This document shows positions 50,383 to 64,000 of a DNA stretch of 64,000 nt, piece after piece. Location: the NCBI RefSeq assembly GCF_006345805.1, contig NC_043002.1:114452001-114516000 (forward strand), read 5' to 3'. The DNA is from Octopus sinensis. Taxonomy: Eukaryota. The number at the start of each line of letters is the position of its first letter. The stretch's first letter is position 1. The position numbers were made by a program, and so were the translations under genes. The notes beneath the pieces were generated by a model that was given only the letters and a program-made list of their open reading frames with translations, had not been told where the DNA came from and made no database searches.

Positions 50383-52122
50383 GAAACGCTTATAAGAAAC
50401 AAAAATAATGTAGGCGCTTTGAGGTTATCATGATGTTTGATCTCTCCACGAGGAGACTATAGAGAAATTACTAGGTTTTCAGTTTTCTATCAAAATTGTA
50501 GCATTTCTTTATGGGTGAATTTGGAAACTGCTAGCTTTTAAAATGTTCTAGGAAGTTTTATAAAACACACATAGGACTTGATTTTTTCATATAATCGAGA
50601 TATATTGAGAGGATTGAATAGCTTAACAGATCCTTCTTAATAAAGTTAACTGTCCACATAGAACCCAGTTTTAGAACCACTCAGTTTATTTAAAGTATAG
50701 ACTGGAGCACATATTAATATAATTCTCTGTATATTTAAGTAGACAAGTACAATTAGAGGAGAAAACATTTTAATATAAATAAAGTGATTCAACCACAACT
50801 CGAACAACTAGATTTAGACTGGACTAGCTCGCGGCTCACTTTCTACACTTAGAAGCTTGTCACAAAATTATCGTATCATGGATAAAGAATATTCCTTACC
50901 ACCAATTACGTTCTTAATTTTATTCAATATGTATTTCACTAACAAGTAAATGTATATTTATTTAACTAAACATCAGCTCATCTACAACCCTTCTCTTCGG
51001 TTGCCATTTCACAACAATAACTTGAAAATACAAATAAAAATAGTGATAATATTGAATTAATAGGAGAAGTGAAAAATATAGTATGTTCCTTAATAAAAGT
51101 AAAGTTAGTTTTCCCTTGTCCTCTGCCAGTTGTGTGTCTATCTTTTCAAACAGAAAGCTGTTACTTGTCTGTTCCTGTAGTGTTGTTTTATTGCTGTTTT
51201 GTTTGCTCTGAAGACAGTATATTCCCAACAATAAATAAAAAATCTACTTTGAACGTTTTCTTTACAATTTGAAATGTTCAGTTATTGTTAGAATTTTTTA
51301 AGGTTTCTTTTCTTTTTTTTTTTTTTTGCTTTTCAAGAAAGATTTATTATAATTTTATTATATACTTAGATGTCTCTTTCTTTTATGCCTGTTTATGAAG
51401 AAACATTCTTTCAACTTTAACATTCTTAAAATTAGTTTCCGTTTGCTTCTCCGGCGCAATTTACATCATTTTCTCCGAACAGCAGGAAATGTAAATATCC
51501 TGAGAGTTGTTATTCATCACTAGAAGGTAGACTATAACCATCCATTAGTCTAATGGATGGTAATGCTCTATCCTATTGTGATGAATAACACACAAAGCAG
51601 ATGACCTCGGCGAAGCTGACCTCACGCTTTACAATTTTAAACGAGAGATAAAGATTGGTATCATTCCTATCAATGTTGATCACTTACTCCTATGTTTTGA
51701 TTTCTTGTGTTTCATACAAAAGTTTCATATATCAAGGGATGAGAAGATAGAAATTTTGATATTCTGTAATTTCCAAAGATTTCAAATAGCAAACGAAGCT
51801 ACGCATATGCCTCGATTTGTTGGAAGATTACCTATTGTTCTATCGCAATATCTACATTTATTTATATACATTAATAACGTTTATTTTATCGACCCTACAA
51901 TTATTTTTAACGGATTTACAATTGAAAAATATATATTCAATCAAATTTGGTAGGAAAGTGTATGAAAACTCTATCGTGAAACCAATATCTAATTGTCAAC
52001 TGTACCCAAAGATATCATCAAAAGTTTATATTATCACTGAATCTCCTCAAGTAACAGATATAATTTCTTACTTTTATTTTAGAGTGAAATTTAGCATTTT
52101 GCTGTTATTAATTACTAACAGT

Positions 52123-52740
52123 AAGGCGGCGAGCTGGCAGAAACGTTAGCACGCGGGGCGAAATGCGTAGCCTTATTTCGTCTGCCGTTACGTTCTGAGT
52201 TCAAATTCCGCCGAGGTCGACTTTGCCTTTCATCCTTTCGGGGGTTGATAAATTAAGTACCAGTTACGCACGGGGGTCGATATAATCGACTTAATCCGTT
52301 TCTCTGTCCTCGTTTGTCCCTTCTGTGTTTAGCCCCTTGCGGGTAGTAAAGAAATAGGTATTTCGTCTGGCGCTACGTTCTGAGTTCAAATTCCGCCGAG
52401 GTCGACTTTGCGTTTCATCCTTTCGGGGTCGATTAAATAAGTACCAGTTACACACTGAGGTCGATATAATCGACTTAATCCGTTTGTCTGTCCTTGTTTG
52501 TCCCCTCTGTGTGTAGCCCCTTGTGAGCAGTAAAGAAACAAGAAACGTTAGCACGGGCGAAATGCTTAGCGGTATTTCGTCTGTCATTACGTTCTGAGTT
52601 CAAATTCTGCTGAGGTCGACTTTGCATCTCCTCCTTTCAGGGTCGATAAATTAAATGCCAGTTGCGTACTGAGGTCGATCTAATCGATTAGTCCCCCTTC
52701 CCCCAAATGTCGGGCCTTGTGACTAAAGTAGAAAAGATTA
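52123..52740 (+). mobile_element. Head-to-tail array of three SINE B units
   Basis: Junctions tail|ggtatttcgtc (52356/52357) and tail|agaaacgttagcac (52540/52541). Confidence 0.9.
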
Positions 52741-52744
52741 ATCA

Positions 52745-53441
52745 CTAGCAGTAATACCCGTCGTGATCGGGTAATTAATTTTACTGTTTCGCGAGAGACA
52801 CATTCAAAGTATTATCATTATATATATAATTTACTCCTCCTGTATGTATGTGTTTTTATAAGAGAAAGATATGTAATAATTGAAGTAGAAAAAAGATCAA
52901 TTTCATGCATGAACTTCTGTTTGTTTATTATTTGACAATAATAAATGAGTCGTATGTGTTATTTTATTTATTAATACACTAACTGCAAATATATAACACA
53001 TACATACGACTGCTTACAGTAATAGAGATTACTGTATAATTTCTTCTATGTTCATAATTTTTGGTTTACGATATTGAAAAAATATGACACCAAAGAAAAT
53101 ATATAATCTCTCCAGAAACTGGTATAACTGGTATGCGAGGAACGAAGGTGGTGTCCCTTTTACCAAAACAGTGAGAATATTTACCTCAATGGAGCTCCTC
53201 GTGGGTTTGTGTACAGTTAGTGCATAATTTTTGTTATGCTATTTTATGCTAAATTATGCTATTTTATGCTAAATTATGCTATTTTATGCTATTTTATGCT
53301 AAATTATGCTATTTTATGCTAAATTATGCTATTTTAGGCAATAGCATAATAGGAAATATAGAGAAAGCATAATAACTTCCTTCGAACCATTTACTTTCAT
53401 TTTGGTGGACGAACAATCAAAAAAACACACAAACGGAATAA

Positions 53442-53488
<47 letters not shown>

Positions 53489-53612
53489 ATAAGATATAAG
53501 ATAAAGAAGAAAAGGCATAATAGTTTCCCTTGAACCATTTACTTTCATTTTGGAGGGCAGACAAACGAACAAACGCACAAACCAACAGAATGTCTTTATA
53601 TATATATATAGA
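52745..53612 (-). mobile_element. Non-autonomous Helitron with an internal 10-bp minisatellite (53231-53340)
   Basis: Minus strand A|TCTATATATATAAAG start, hairpin tacccgatcacgacgggta and CTAG|T end. Internal repeat (attttatgct/aaattatgct)n. Confidence 0.65.
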
Positions 53613-55539
53613 TAACGCCTAGTTAAGGCGACTAGCTGGCAGAATATTTAGCCAGAAGAAATGCTTAGCGTCTTTTCGTCCGTCTTTACGTTCTGAGTTC
53701 AAATTCCGCCGACTTTGCCTTTCATTCTTTCGGGGTCGATAAAATCGACTAATCCCATCCCACTAAATTTCAGGACTTGTAGGAGTCGATAAAATAAATT
53801 CAGTCAATTATTGGGATAGATGTAATCGACCTGGCCCCTCCAATAAAGGCTTCAAACTTATAAAGAATTATTTATATAGGTTTGGTTTAACTTATGCAAC
53901 TGTGTTGTTAGTAACTCTATCATGGTCCAGTTAACGCAGCCGTGTTGTTAGCACCTCCGTCATAGTTCAATTGGTGCAGCTGTGTTGTTAATGCAGTAGT
54001 AAAGTTTAAAATGAGTTAATGAAACATTCGACAAATAAACAAGGTCTCCACTGTGCACAGCAACAATGTATGTTTGTGTGCGCCATTGACAATTAAATGC
54101 ATTGGTTACTGACATAACGTGTATTTTTAGTGATAGATTGTGACTTGCTGACCTAAAACATGTTGACACAGCCATTCAATACTTATTGTGTAAATAATAT
54201 TAAGGTATATGTCGTCGACTTAACTTTCAGTTCTGCTGCATTCAAAGTTAGCTAGTATTTTCTATTTGTTATCGAATTTCTGTAAAAAGAAAATTCCCAA
54301 CCATTTTAAGCAATAAGTTAATCTGATGATATATTTTCATCTGTACAAGTAACCGAGAAAGATGTATTAAAAATAATGAAAAATGACTGCTATTTATCTT
54401 TGCTATGTACCAGAATGATAAATAGTCGAATGTGTAACATTTTGTGAACTGTCATATTTATTGTCAAAGGATATTAAGCATCAAATGTTTAGAATTCTTT
54501 GGTTAACAAAAGTTTATGGAAGTAAAGTGGTCGAGTGGATGACAGGATGTATTACTTTCTCCTAGGTCATAAGTTCAAAACCCACACGCCTCCGTTCGTC
54601 TAACTTGTAATAATCATAAAACGTTACCCGTGACAGACTGGTGATGCCAGAGGTATTTTCTTTGGTAATTTTTATAAAAATCATCACAGGATGCGATGAA
54701 TTATGACGCGCTGGAGCGCGTTGAGGCAGCGACAAATGGACTTATTCCTGGAAAGTAAACCGAGTCGTTTATTCTATATACTTTTTTCTCAGTTCGTATC
54801 TTTGATTGAGGCCTGAGAGAAATGAAGATCAAGGTTAGACTTCTGACACCTTCAATATTCCTAGTTGCTCACATTCTTCTTACCAGGCGCCAATCCGATC
54901 AGCGGATCGTCAATCCTCACATGAGTTAAATGATTAACCGTAGAACAGGACGACGATGCTCTAGGTGATGCGTTGGGCGTCAATGAAAGACAACGGTATC
55001 TTTTGTACTACTCTCTGGTCAGGGATTGTGATTAACTTCAATGATTAACTTCAACACGGCCCTGGACTGGCAGTGATACCGGAAGGCATTGCCAGCTCAA
55101 GATAAACTTTATAGGCTGTCAAATTTTCTACGGAAATATGTTCTCGTCCCTGACCCGAAGCTATTCCAAGTAAGGTTATTTTTTGTTTGTTTTCTTGTTA
55201 TTGCGTGTTGGACAGATCAATGATCAGCAAAGGTTACCACACTGCTTTCTTCAGCAAGGAATAGCAATTAGATTTCTTTTGCCTGATAGCTATGACAAAA
55301 AAAAGGTATTACGCTGGACGAGATTGCGAGGACTCAGTACAGAATATTCCCTTCATTAACATTCTTACCTATCATCTCAAAAGTGGAGGGGGATAGGCTG
55401 TTCTTCAGCATATTTCCCGAAAAAGCGTTGTAGTTTTTTAATCTCAGGTCAACTCTCCTTAACTGAGCAGACCTATGTCATTCCAGTCGGGACCATCCCA
55501 TGTTTTCGCGTGTAGGGAATATAAGACCACATTGCTTAA

Positions 55540-58500
55540 CATATTCCATTTGAGGTAGATTAAGTATCTTTATTATTTTTCTTTTATCATACCTATTACT
55601 CCAGTTTTTTCAAGCGCTTCTCCCTTCTTATTTCAGTTTCTAGATCTTTGTACTTTGACAGTTTCTCCGCCTCCTTTTTGGGAAATACTTTCTCCAGATG
55701 AGATCAAGACGTTGTTTTAAAATATAGATATGTTTGTCGCCCCTTCAGTATGGCTGTTCCGTACGAACCGACGTAACTGCCATTTTGAAGCCTAATTGGA
55801 AGCTTCTTCTAGCTGGTTATCGATGCTATCTGCACCCGACATATATTGCAAGAGGCGAAAAGGGTCGGGGGCTCACTGCTCTGCTTGCAATGTATGTCGG
55901 GACGCAGATTGCATCGACAGCCAGCTAGAAGAGGTTTCCTCTCAGGGTTAAAAATGGCAGAAACGTCGGTTTGTACGGAAACACTATATTGAAATGGCGA
56001 CAGGCATTACTTCTTAGTATAGTTTCTACTTTCGTCTCTTATAGAGATTTTCTAACTGGCTACTTTGCTTAAAATATTGATATTTTCTTTTTAGCCCTTG
56101 ATAATTATATCGTGTCGCTTTCCTTGTCAGTTTAAGTTGGTATGCACCACATGACTGTGGATACGACGTTATCGTGTACCCTGTTTCTTACATGTTTTTA
56201 CTAATTCTCATCTGTTTTCAGGTCGAATCATTGGAACATTGCCAAGTGAACCTAGCTATCCATTCGAGTGTGTCTGTAAATATGCCTGGATTTGGCAAAG
56301 GGATGCTGGCTGGAAACGATGTAGTGAACTGTTTCATTGTTCTGGTTGCTTAGTCTGGATTTGATGTTAGCATCTTTTTTCACTCTGCTTTTGTAGTTGT
56401 CTGTGATTAGGAATTGTACAAGTTAAATAAGATCTGTTTCAGGTTTTAGACCTGAGCATTTGATCATTGTTGGCTTTCTCTCAGTACTCTGTCGAGTTTT
56501 TCAGTTTATTTATTTTTGACTGATTTTTTTCTTTGTATTTTTTCTTTAGTATATTGTAGGATATAGTTGATTTTTGTCTTTGGTTTTAGTAATCTTTCCT
56601 GTCGTTTGTTTAGTTACCAAGATATTTTTTCCGGCGTATTTTTCAGTTTATAGTGTATTGTTTCCCACTGCATAGAGAAAAAAAGAATGTTTCTTCGCGT
56701 TTCCTTAATACATGAATCAGTTTCTCTTTGCTTTTTTCTAAATTCTTTGAAGTAGTTTTCTATTTGTATCAAGTCCACTACCTTTTGTGCAGAATAGGAA
56801 TACAGTATTGGTGCACTAGCTTCAGTTTATTATTAGTACTTAAGTAATTATTCTGTCAAAGCTCTTTCCTTGACTTAACTTTTAGTTTATTATGTCGAAG
56901 TTACAATTCTCAATAGCTAGTGTATTTAATATTTTATTCTAATTTTTCCTTTCATTTCTCCGTTTTGTATCTTATCAGTTACAGCAACTTCTACATATTT
57001 ATTATTGGTGGTTCTCGTCTAATTATATTCGGTCTAATTCTAGTTGTTCTCTAATTCCGTTTGTATCTTATTATTGTTCCCAGTCTTAGATAACTTACCC
57101 TTTCTGTGAGTAGCATGAGCACACTTGTCTTTTCTCATACTCCTTTTTATGTTTTGGCTGAAGTAACTTTTAACAACTTTCACTAGGTTTTCCAACTGGA
57201 TATAACCTCTTGTAAATATTCTCTAGTCGTCCATATGGAGCATACAGTTTATAGTTTGTCCAAGTATCAACAGATTTATTCATAATCAGATCTGAGGAAA
57301 AGAGGTAAACAGTCCCCTTGGAATATTCCTCTTCGTATGGATTTAGAATTGATTTTAGTTATCTTCTCTTCACTTGGCATTGATTTGGTTGTTTTCCATA
57401 TTGACATTGGATGCTTGTTGAACTTTGTTACGATTGAGACGGCTTGTATTTAAGTGGAGCGTCTCCAGTCTCCAAAACAATAGTATACTATCAAATGCTT
57501 TTCAGTAAATACTCAGCTCATGTAAAGTTATGCCTTCGGCTTTTTGCTTCTAGTTTAATATTTCGTTTCAAATGTAGCTGTTCTTTACAACCATGCACCT
57601 ATTTCTGGTAGTCTTTAGGCAAGTGATCAACCTTTTGTTGACTATAGATATAAAGACTTTGGTGGTCTCTGGTATTTTTGTTTTTGAGTATTAATGTTGT
57701 TTTCCTCCAGCATCAATTCATGTCAGACATTTCTAGTTAGACGCTTTAGCTAAAGATATGGGACCTTGTCAATCACAAATGCTTACCAGTAGCATTCAGT
57801 TCCTAATGTTTTGGTGAATTTCTTGCTGATTATATGTGCTCTTTCCTCCTTCTTTCTAATCCATTGTGCTTAATATTTTTGTTCTGTATTCTCTTGCCGC
57901 ATGCTCGGATTTGCGTTGGTGTGCCATCGACTGTTGTTTTAGTTTTATTTATGTCTCTGTAAAATCGTTTCACGTTTAATTCAAATACCGTTTTCTCTTG
58001 GAAGAAGCACTTTATCCGGCATCGTTTTGTTTATAGGAGCTTTCCTTCCGTTTTCTATATTATTAGTATTATACGTTTTAGCAGTTTGGATTCTTATTTC
58101 TTTTCTTTGTCACGTTGAATCCGTCCCTTTTCCAGTTTGCTAAGTATAGGTCCTTTTCTTTTTCATCCAATGTTAAGTAGTTTGTTTTCTTTTATGTGGC
58201 GCTGAGGAACATTTGACTCTATTAAGATCAAACCCAGTTTCCCCTCGATATTACCCTTGCTACTGAATGCATCAGATCATTCAGTTTGTTGACGTTCAGG
58301 TAGTTTATTTCCATGGATAGAATTACTTGCAGAGCCCTATTACATTTATTCATTCTTTGGTGGAGTTGATTGTTCGTGTGAGGCTATTAGCAGCGTTGAT
58401 CCCTCTTCATTGATTTTGTTATGTTCTTTTTATATTCTTTATTGTTTATGTTATGTCCTCCTTAATGTTAACTCTGGTTGATCTATTGTGGTGTATATTT

Positions 58501-59250
58501 TTATTCTGTTTGTTGCTAAGGGTAGGGTCGAAGCTATACTTTTATTGTGGTTGTTTAATTGGTTAAATATTTCCCTGGAGACTTCATCACCATTTTGGAT
58601 TTTAGGTTTTTTTTCCTTTGTGCCTTTTTTTCCCTGTAATGCCTGATCAGTTTTTGTGTGTCTGATGGTTTCTGTATTATTATCACGGTATTTTAAAAGA
58701 CTGATTTATTGCATGTATAGTCGTCTCATTTGTATAGCTTTCATTTTTGTGAAGTCTTACGCATTTTGTGTGTGATGGGTTATGTTGTGAGGCTTTTATT
58801 GGTTTGTGGTAGGACATCTTTTTTATGTGTATTCGTTTGCTTTATTTTATTTTTACTGTAAATTCTTTTTATGAGTTTGTTCTATTTCAGTGTTTTTAGA
58901 CCTTGTTATTGTTTATTACAAATCTTCGGACATTCACATTGTGATATTTTTTCTCACTTCATTTATTTTTCCCTTCGCAGCTCCACTGCTCTTTTATAAT
59001 GCAGTGTAGTGGACATGCTGTTGATGTGTAATGGGAATGAACGCATCAATACAATATTCATTGGTCTAAAGTTCTCTTTAATTTAATTTTTTATGAAGGA
59101 CACTCGCAGTATGAGTTGGATCTTCCTGATCGGTGAGAGAACATTTCGAGAGAACATGACTTCTGAACCACGTCTTACATTACTTTCGTATCGTGACTGC
59201 AATAATCTTTCGCTATGGAATTCATTATTCATCCTGAGTCGGTTGGTCGT
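55540..59250 (-). mobile_element. Highly degenerate R4/Dong-like RLE LINE
   Basis: Minus-strand motifs HGCKEQL, KAFDSI, RRGIFQGD, LHMDD and EAEKLSKYKDLETEIRR in the expected order, with strong A-rich coding-strand skew. Confidence 0.7.
55730..56007. mobile_element. Fold-back / MITE-like palindrome inserted in the LINE
   Basis: Both the outer arms (tgtttgtcgcc..ccgtacgaaccgacgt) and inner arms (tctagctgg..cccgacatatattgcaag) are mirrored. Confidence 0.75.
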
Positions 59251-59695
59251 TTTTGTTGCTGCCTGATTTAGTCATAGGACGTTGTTTTTTTTAAAATAAT
59301 ATTTATAAATTTATTTTAAGTTTGTTTCCTTTACCTTTATATTTTGTGTAGAACAATTTATTTGGTTTTGTCCCGAGCGTTCATTCGTTTCTTCTGGGTG
59401 CATGATGTTTAAATATTTTGCGCGTAATAATCACACGTAGTACTATAATAGTATAATAAGTATCCCTTGTACTTATAGGGATGGGGTTGCTTTATTTTTG
59501 TGTTGCTGTCATCGTCATCATCATCATCATCGTCGTCGTCGTCGTCGTCTTCGTCCTCCTCCTCCTCCTCCTCCTCCTCATCATCATCACCTGCGAGCTG
59601 ATTTGCGTATGTTTACGCCTGTTTTCATAAATGTCTTTAACGAAAGTTGGAATTTTTGTCATTTAATTGTTTTTAAGATATTCACTGAAAAGGGA

Positions 59696-59855
59696 GAGGA
59701 GTGGCTGTGTGGTAAGTAGCTTGCTAACCAGCCACATGGTTCCGGGTTCGTCCCACTGCGTGGCATCTTGGGCAAGTGTCTTCTGCTATAGCCCCGGGCC
59801 GACCAATGCCTTGTGAGTGGATTTGGTAGACGGAAACTGAAAGAAGCCTGTCGTA

Positions 59856-59902
<47 letters not shown>

Positions 59903-60113
59903 TTGTGTGTCTGTGTTTGTTCCCCTAGCATTGCTTGACAACCGATGCTGGTGTGTTTACGTCCCCGTCACTTACCGGTTCGGCAAAAAGCGACCGATAG
60001 AATAAGTACTGGGCTTACAAAAAGAATAAGTCCAGGGTTCGATTTGCTCGACTAAAGGCGGTGCTCCAGCATGGCCGCAGTCAAATGACTGAAACAAGCA
60101 AAAGAGTAAAAAG
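59696..60113 (+). mobile_element. SINE family A
   Basis: Near-consensus copy. Confidence 0.9.
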
Positions 60114-60852
60114 AGAGAGAGAGTGTAAAATCTACTAAATTGTTCTCTAATTCGGGGAGTAGCGTTACGTTCCTCCGTCACCGGCAGCCAGAGGACAAAT
60201 TTATTTTTTTGTTATGAAAAGTGTCAATAAATGTAAGATTTGAATAGGGAGGAGTGGTGGGAGACTGTGATAGTGGTAACGATAAATCTGTTGTCTGTCA
60301 TGAAAATATGGTAGCCAAAGCAAAAAATCAGTTTTATTTCAAGAATTTTCAGAGAAATATAATAACAAGTATGAAGGTGGTATCTCTGATACTATCACAA
60401 CAATAACAATATTCAGATCAACAACAGCAACTATAACAACAAAAGGAAAATCAACAAAACAAGAACATAACACGATCAACTCTGCATCTCCAGCAAACAT
60501 CTTCAGGGGATGCCCTCTCTTAAACAGTGAAAATACACAAAACTCCCTTGCTTATGCTGTTCTATTTGGGTTCATTGAACACCTAATTTAAAAACAAAGT
60601 TGAATCAGATAATCTAGCTTTGATCAGAATTAAGGGAGAAAAATCGCTAAACCCGAAAACTGTCTTACATAGAGTAATAGAAGAGATGCCAGATGATAGA
60701 CAACAATAACAACACAAACTAGAACAGCAAAAACTGCAACAACAAATGTAACAAGAATGACAAACACAAACAAAGCAACAATTAATACCTCAATGTTGTT
60801 CGCAAAAGCAAAAGAGATCAGAAGCATTACAAAATAATAATAATAATAATAA

Positions 60853-61032
60853 TTCTTTCTGTTATGGGTACAAGGTCTGAAATTACATCGACCGCAGAAT
60901 TTCACTGGTATTTAATTTATTGACCCCGAAAGGATGTAAGGCAAAGTCGACCTCGGCGGAATTTGAACTCAGAACGTAGCAACGGGCGAAGTACCCCTAA
61001 GCATTTCGTCCAGCATGTTAACGATTCTGTCA
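60853..61032 (-). mobile_element. SINE family B with (ATT)n tail
   Basis: Core motif; the tail runs into (taa)n. Confidence 0.8.
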
Positions 61033-61089
61033 ATAATAGTAATAATAATAATGATAATAATAATAATAATAATAATAATGATAATAATG

Positions 61090-61120
<31 letters not shown>

Positions 61121-61416
61121 TAATAATGATAATAATGATAATAATAATAATAATAATAATAATGATAATAATGATAATAATAATAATAATAATAATAATG
61201 ATAATAATGATAATAATAATAATAATAATAATAATAATAGTAGTAATAATGATAATAATGATAATAATAATAATAATAATAATGATAATAATGATAATAA
61301 TAATAATAATGATAATAATGATAATAATAATAATAATAATAATAATGATAATAATGATAATAATAATAATAATAATAATGATAATAATAATAATAATAAT
61401 AATAATGATAATAATG

Positions 61417-61447
<31 letters not shown>

Positions 61448-61521
61448 TAATAATGATAATAATAATAATAATAATAATAATGATAATAATGATAATAATA
61501 ATAATAATAATAATAATAGTA

Positions 61522-61585
<64 letters not shown>

Positions 61586-61776
61586 TAATAATGATAATAA
61601 TAATAATAATAATAATGATAATAATGATAATAATAATAATAATGATAATAATGATAATAATAATAATAATGATAATAATGATAATAATAATAATGATAAT
61701 AATGATAATAATGATAATAATAATAATAATAATAATGATAATAATGATAATAATAATAATAATAATAATAATAGTA

Positions 61777-61828
<52 letters not shown>

Positions 61829-61992
61829 TAATAATGATAATAATAATAATAATAATAATAATGATAATAATGATAATAATAATAATAATGATAATAATGA
61901 TAATAATAATAATAATGATAATAATGATAATAATAATAATAATAATAATAATGATAATAATGATAATAATAATAATAATAATAATAATAGTA

Positions 61993-62026
<34 letters not shown>

Positions 62027-62172
62027 TAATAATAATAATAATAATAATAATGATAATAATGATAATAATAATAATAATAATAATAATGATAATAATGATA
62101 ATAATAATAATAATAATAATAATGATAATAATGATAATAATAATAATAATAATAATAGTAGTAATAATAATG

Positions 62173-62211
<39 letters not shown>

Positions 62212-62214
62212 GTA

Positions 62215-62257
<43 letters not shown>

Positions 62258-62286
62258 TAATAATAATAATAATAATAATAATAGTA

Positions 62287-62333
<47 letters not shown>
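61033..62333. repeat. 1.3-kb interrupted (AAT)n array
   Basis: AAT triplets with in-frame GAT and AGTAGT interruptions. Confidence 0.95.
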
Positions 62334-62482
62334 CCTTTCTACTATAAGCACAAGGCCTGAAATTTGGGGGTAGGGGACAAGTCGATTACATCGATCTCAG
62401 TATTTCACTGGTATTTAATTTATCGATCTTGAAAGGATGAAAGGCAAAGTCGACCTCGGCGGAATTTGAACTCAGAACGTAA
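62332..62482 (-). mobile_element. SINE family B whose tail abuts the (AAT)n array
   Basis: cctttctactataagcacaaggcctgaaatttggggg tail plus core. Confidence 0.85.
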
Positions 62483-62507
62483 TGACATAATAATGCGGCT
62501 GCTACAA

Positions 62508-62531
62508 CTAATTCTACTGCTGCTGCTGCTG

Positions 62532-62565
<34 letters not shown>

Positions 62566-62588
62566 CACCATCACCACCACCACTACTA

Positions 62589-62634
<46 letters not shown>

Positions 62635-62698
62635 AACAAATACAAATACTACTACAGCTGCTTCTGCTGCCACCACTACTACTACTACTACTACCAGC
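62508..62698. repeat. (CTA/CTG/CCA)n compound trinucleotide repeat
   Basis: Simple repeat. Confidence 0.9.
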
Positions 62699-64000
62699 AA
62701 CCGAGGTAAACTTAGTTTTCTATTTCTCTAAGGTCCATAGAATAAAGTACTGGTTTCGTTAACTAAGTCAATTCAATCGACTACTACTACCCTCTGCTCG
62801 AAATCTTTATTTTCTAGATGTGTATTAAGGTAAACTTAATACTTTTTAACCGACACTGCGAAAATTTTGACATCTATAAACAAACGACTGTTGTATTCTC
62901 GTATCTTGTATCGCGGAAAAGATAACAGCCGTCGTTTGTTTACGTTTGTTTACATTAGCCAAGTCTTGCAGCATCGGCTAAAAAAATTATAAAGGTGTAT
63001 TAAGGTAAAGTTAATATTTTTAGCCGATGCTGCAAGACTATTCACTCCGTTTAATGTAATAACTATTTATTATTTCATATAAGACGGCATAATGGAGTGA
63101 CAGAGACGGTAAAGTGAACGACTATACGTTTTATGGCAGTTAGATTTCCTCTTTTATATCTTCCTGAAAATGCTGCCAGAACAGATGAAATGCATACCAG
63201 TGAAATACTGATATCGATTAACTTGACTACGCTCATCAATCTAAATGTTTATTCGTCTGTCACTGTCATGTATCATTCGATATTACATAAGGAAAGAAGT
63301 AGCGCTAGTATAAATATATGCATTGCAGTATTTAATTTCGTCTGTGTTCTCAGTTTAATGCCATCCACTTTGAGACTGGTGGGAATTAAACTAAAGTGTA
63401 CACAAATAAATATATACCTGCATTACACTTTCAGACCTTGTACCTATAACAGAAAGAATTATTATTATTTTTAGCAGTAGTACTAAAACTAATATTGATG
63501 ATGATGTAGGCACATGGGCTGAAATTTTGGAGAAAAGGACTGGTCGATTATATTGACCCAAGTGCTGAACTTGATTTATCGACTCCGAAAAGATAAAACA
63601 CAAAGTCAACTTCGGCAGCGATTATTAATTGTCATGAGGTGAAAGATAAAGTTGAACGCAGAACATAAATAACCGGAACACGTACCGTAAGACATTTTGT
63701 TCGTCGCCAATCCACCACACTAAAAATATACTTGTTTCCAACATAGGTACATGACTAGAAATTTTCGGAAAGGAATCACTCAATTCAATCAAACATAGTA
63801 CTCAATTGGTACTTTGTTTCATCGACTCTGGAAGAGCAAAGTTGACCTCGACAGGATTTGAACACAAACGATAAAGAGCAATAACAGATACCACGAAGCA
63901 TTTTATCCGATGTTGTATCTATTCTGCCAGTCTTCCATTTATAAATGACATACGGTATTTTTTAGTACACAAGTCCGGTTTTTCAAACCAAAATTTACAG

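Noticed and set aside
60963-62373. 450-465-aa ORFs (poly-Asn, poly-Ile)
   Set aside because: Translations of the (AAT)n array; the starts lie within SINE or repeat sequence.

Overview
Eukaryotic, AT-rich and repeat-saturated DNA. The tRNA-derived SINE families and (TA)n/(CATA)n/(AAT)n microsatellites look like those of Octopus (recognised from memory, not database-confirmed). I cannot support any intact host protein-coding gene; nearly all ORFs in the track are microsatellite artefacts or transposon remnants. Recognisable elements are four SINE families, Penelope-like element (PLE) fragments (two GIY-YIG, one RT), a Chapaev3-type transposon, an R2-A-like element outside rDNA, R4/Dong-like RLE LINEs, RTE and Tx1 fragments, four non-autonomous Helitrons and a hAT derivative. 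Three signals stand out. (1) About ten minimal type I hammerhead ribozyme motifs from several unrelated families occur in PLE pLTRs, in retrozyme-like units with direct terminal repeats, and in fold-backs whose arm ends at the stem III palindrome. (2) A Tx1-type LINE, an ORF1-only (HAL1-like) partner and a SINE share one 3' tail and repeatedly land at two fixed sites in the head of that same SINE. (3) The 5' region of the R2-like element carries repeated G-U-rich RNA hairpins.
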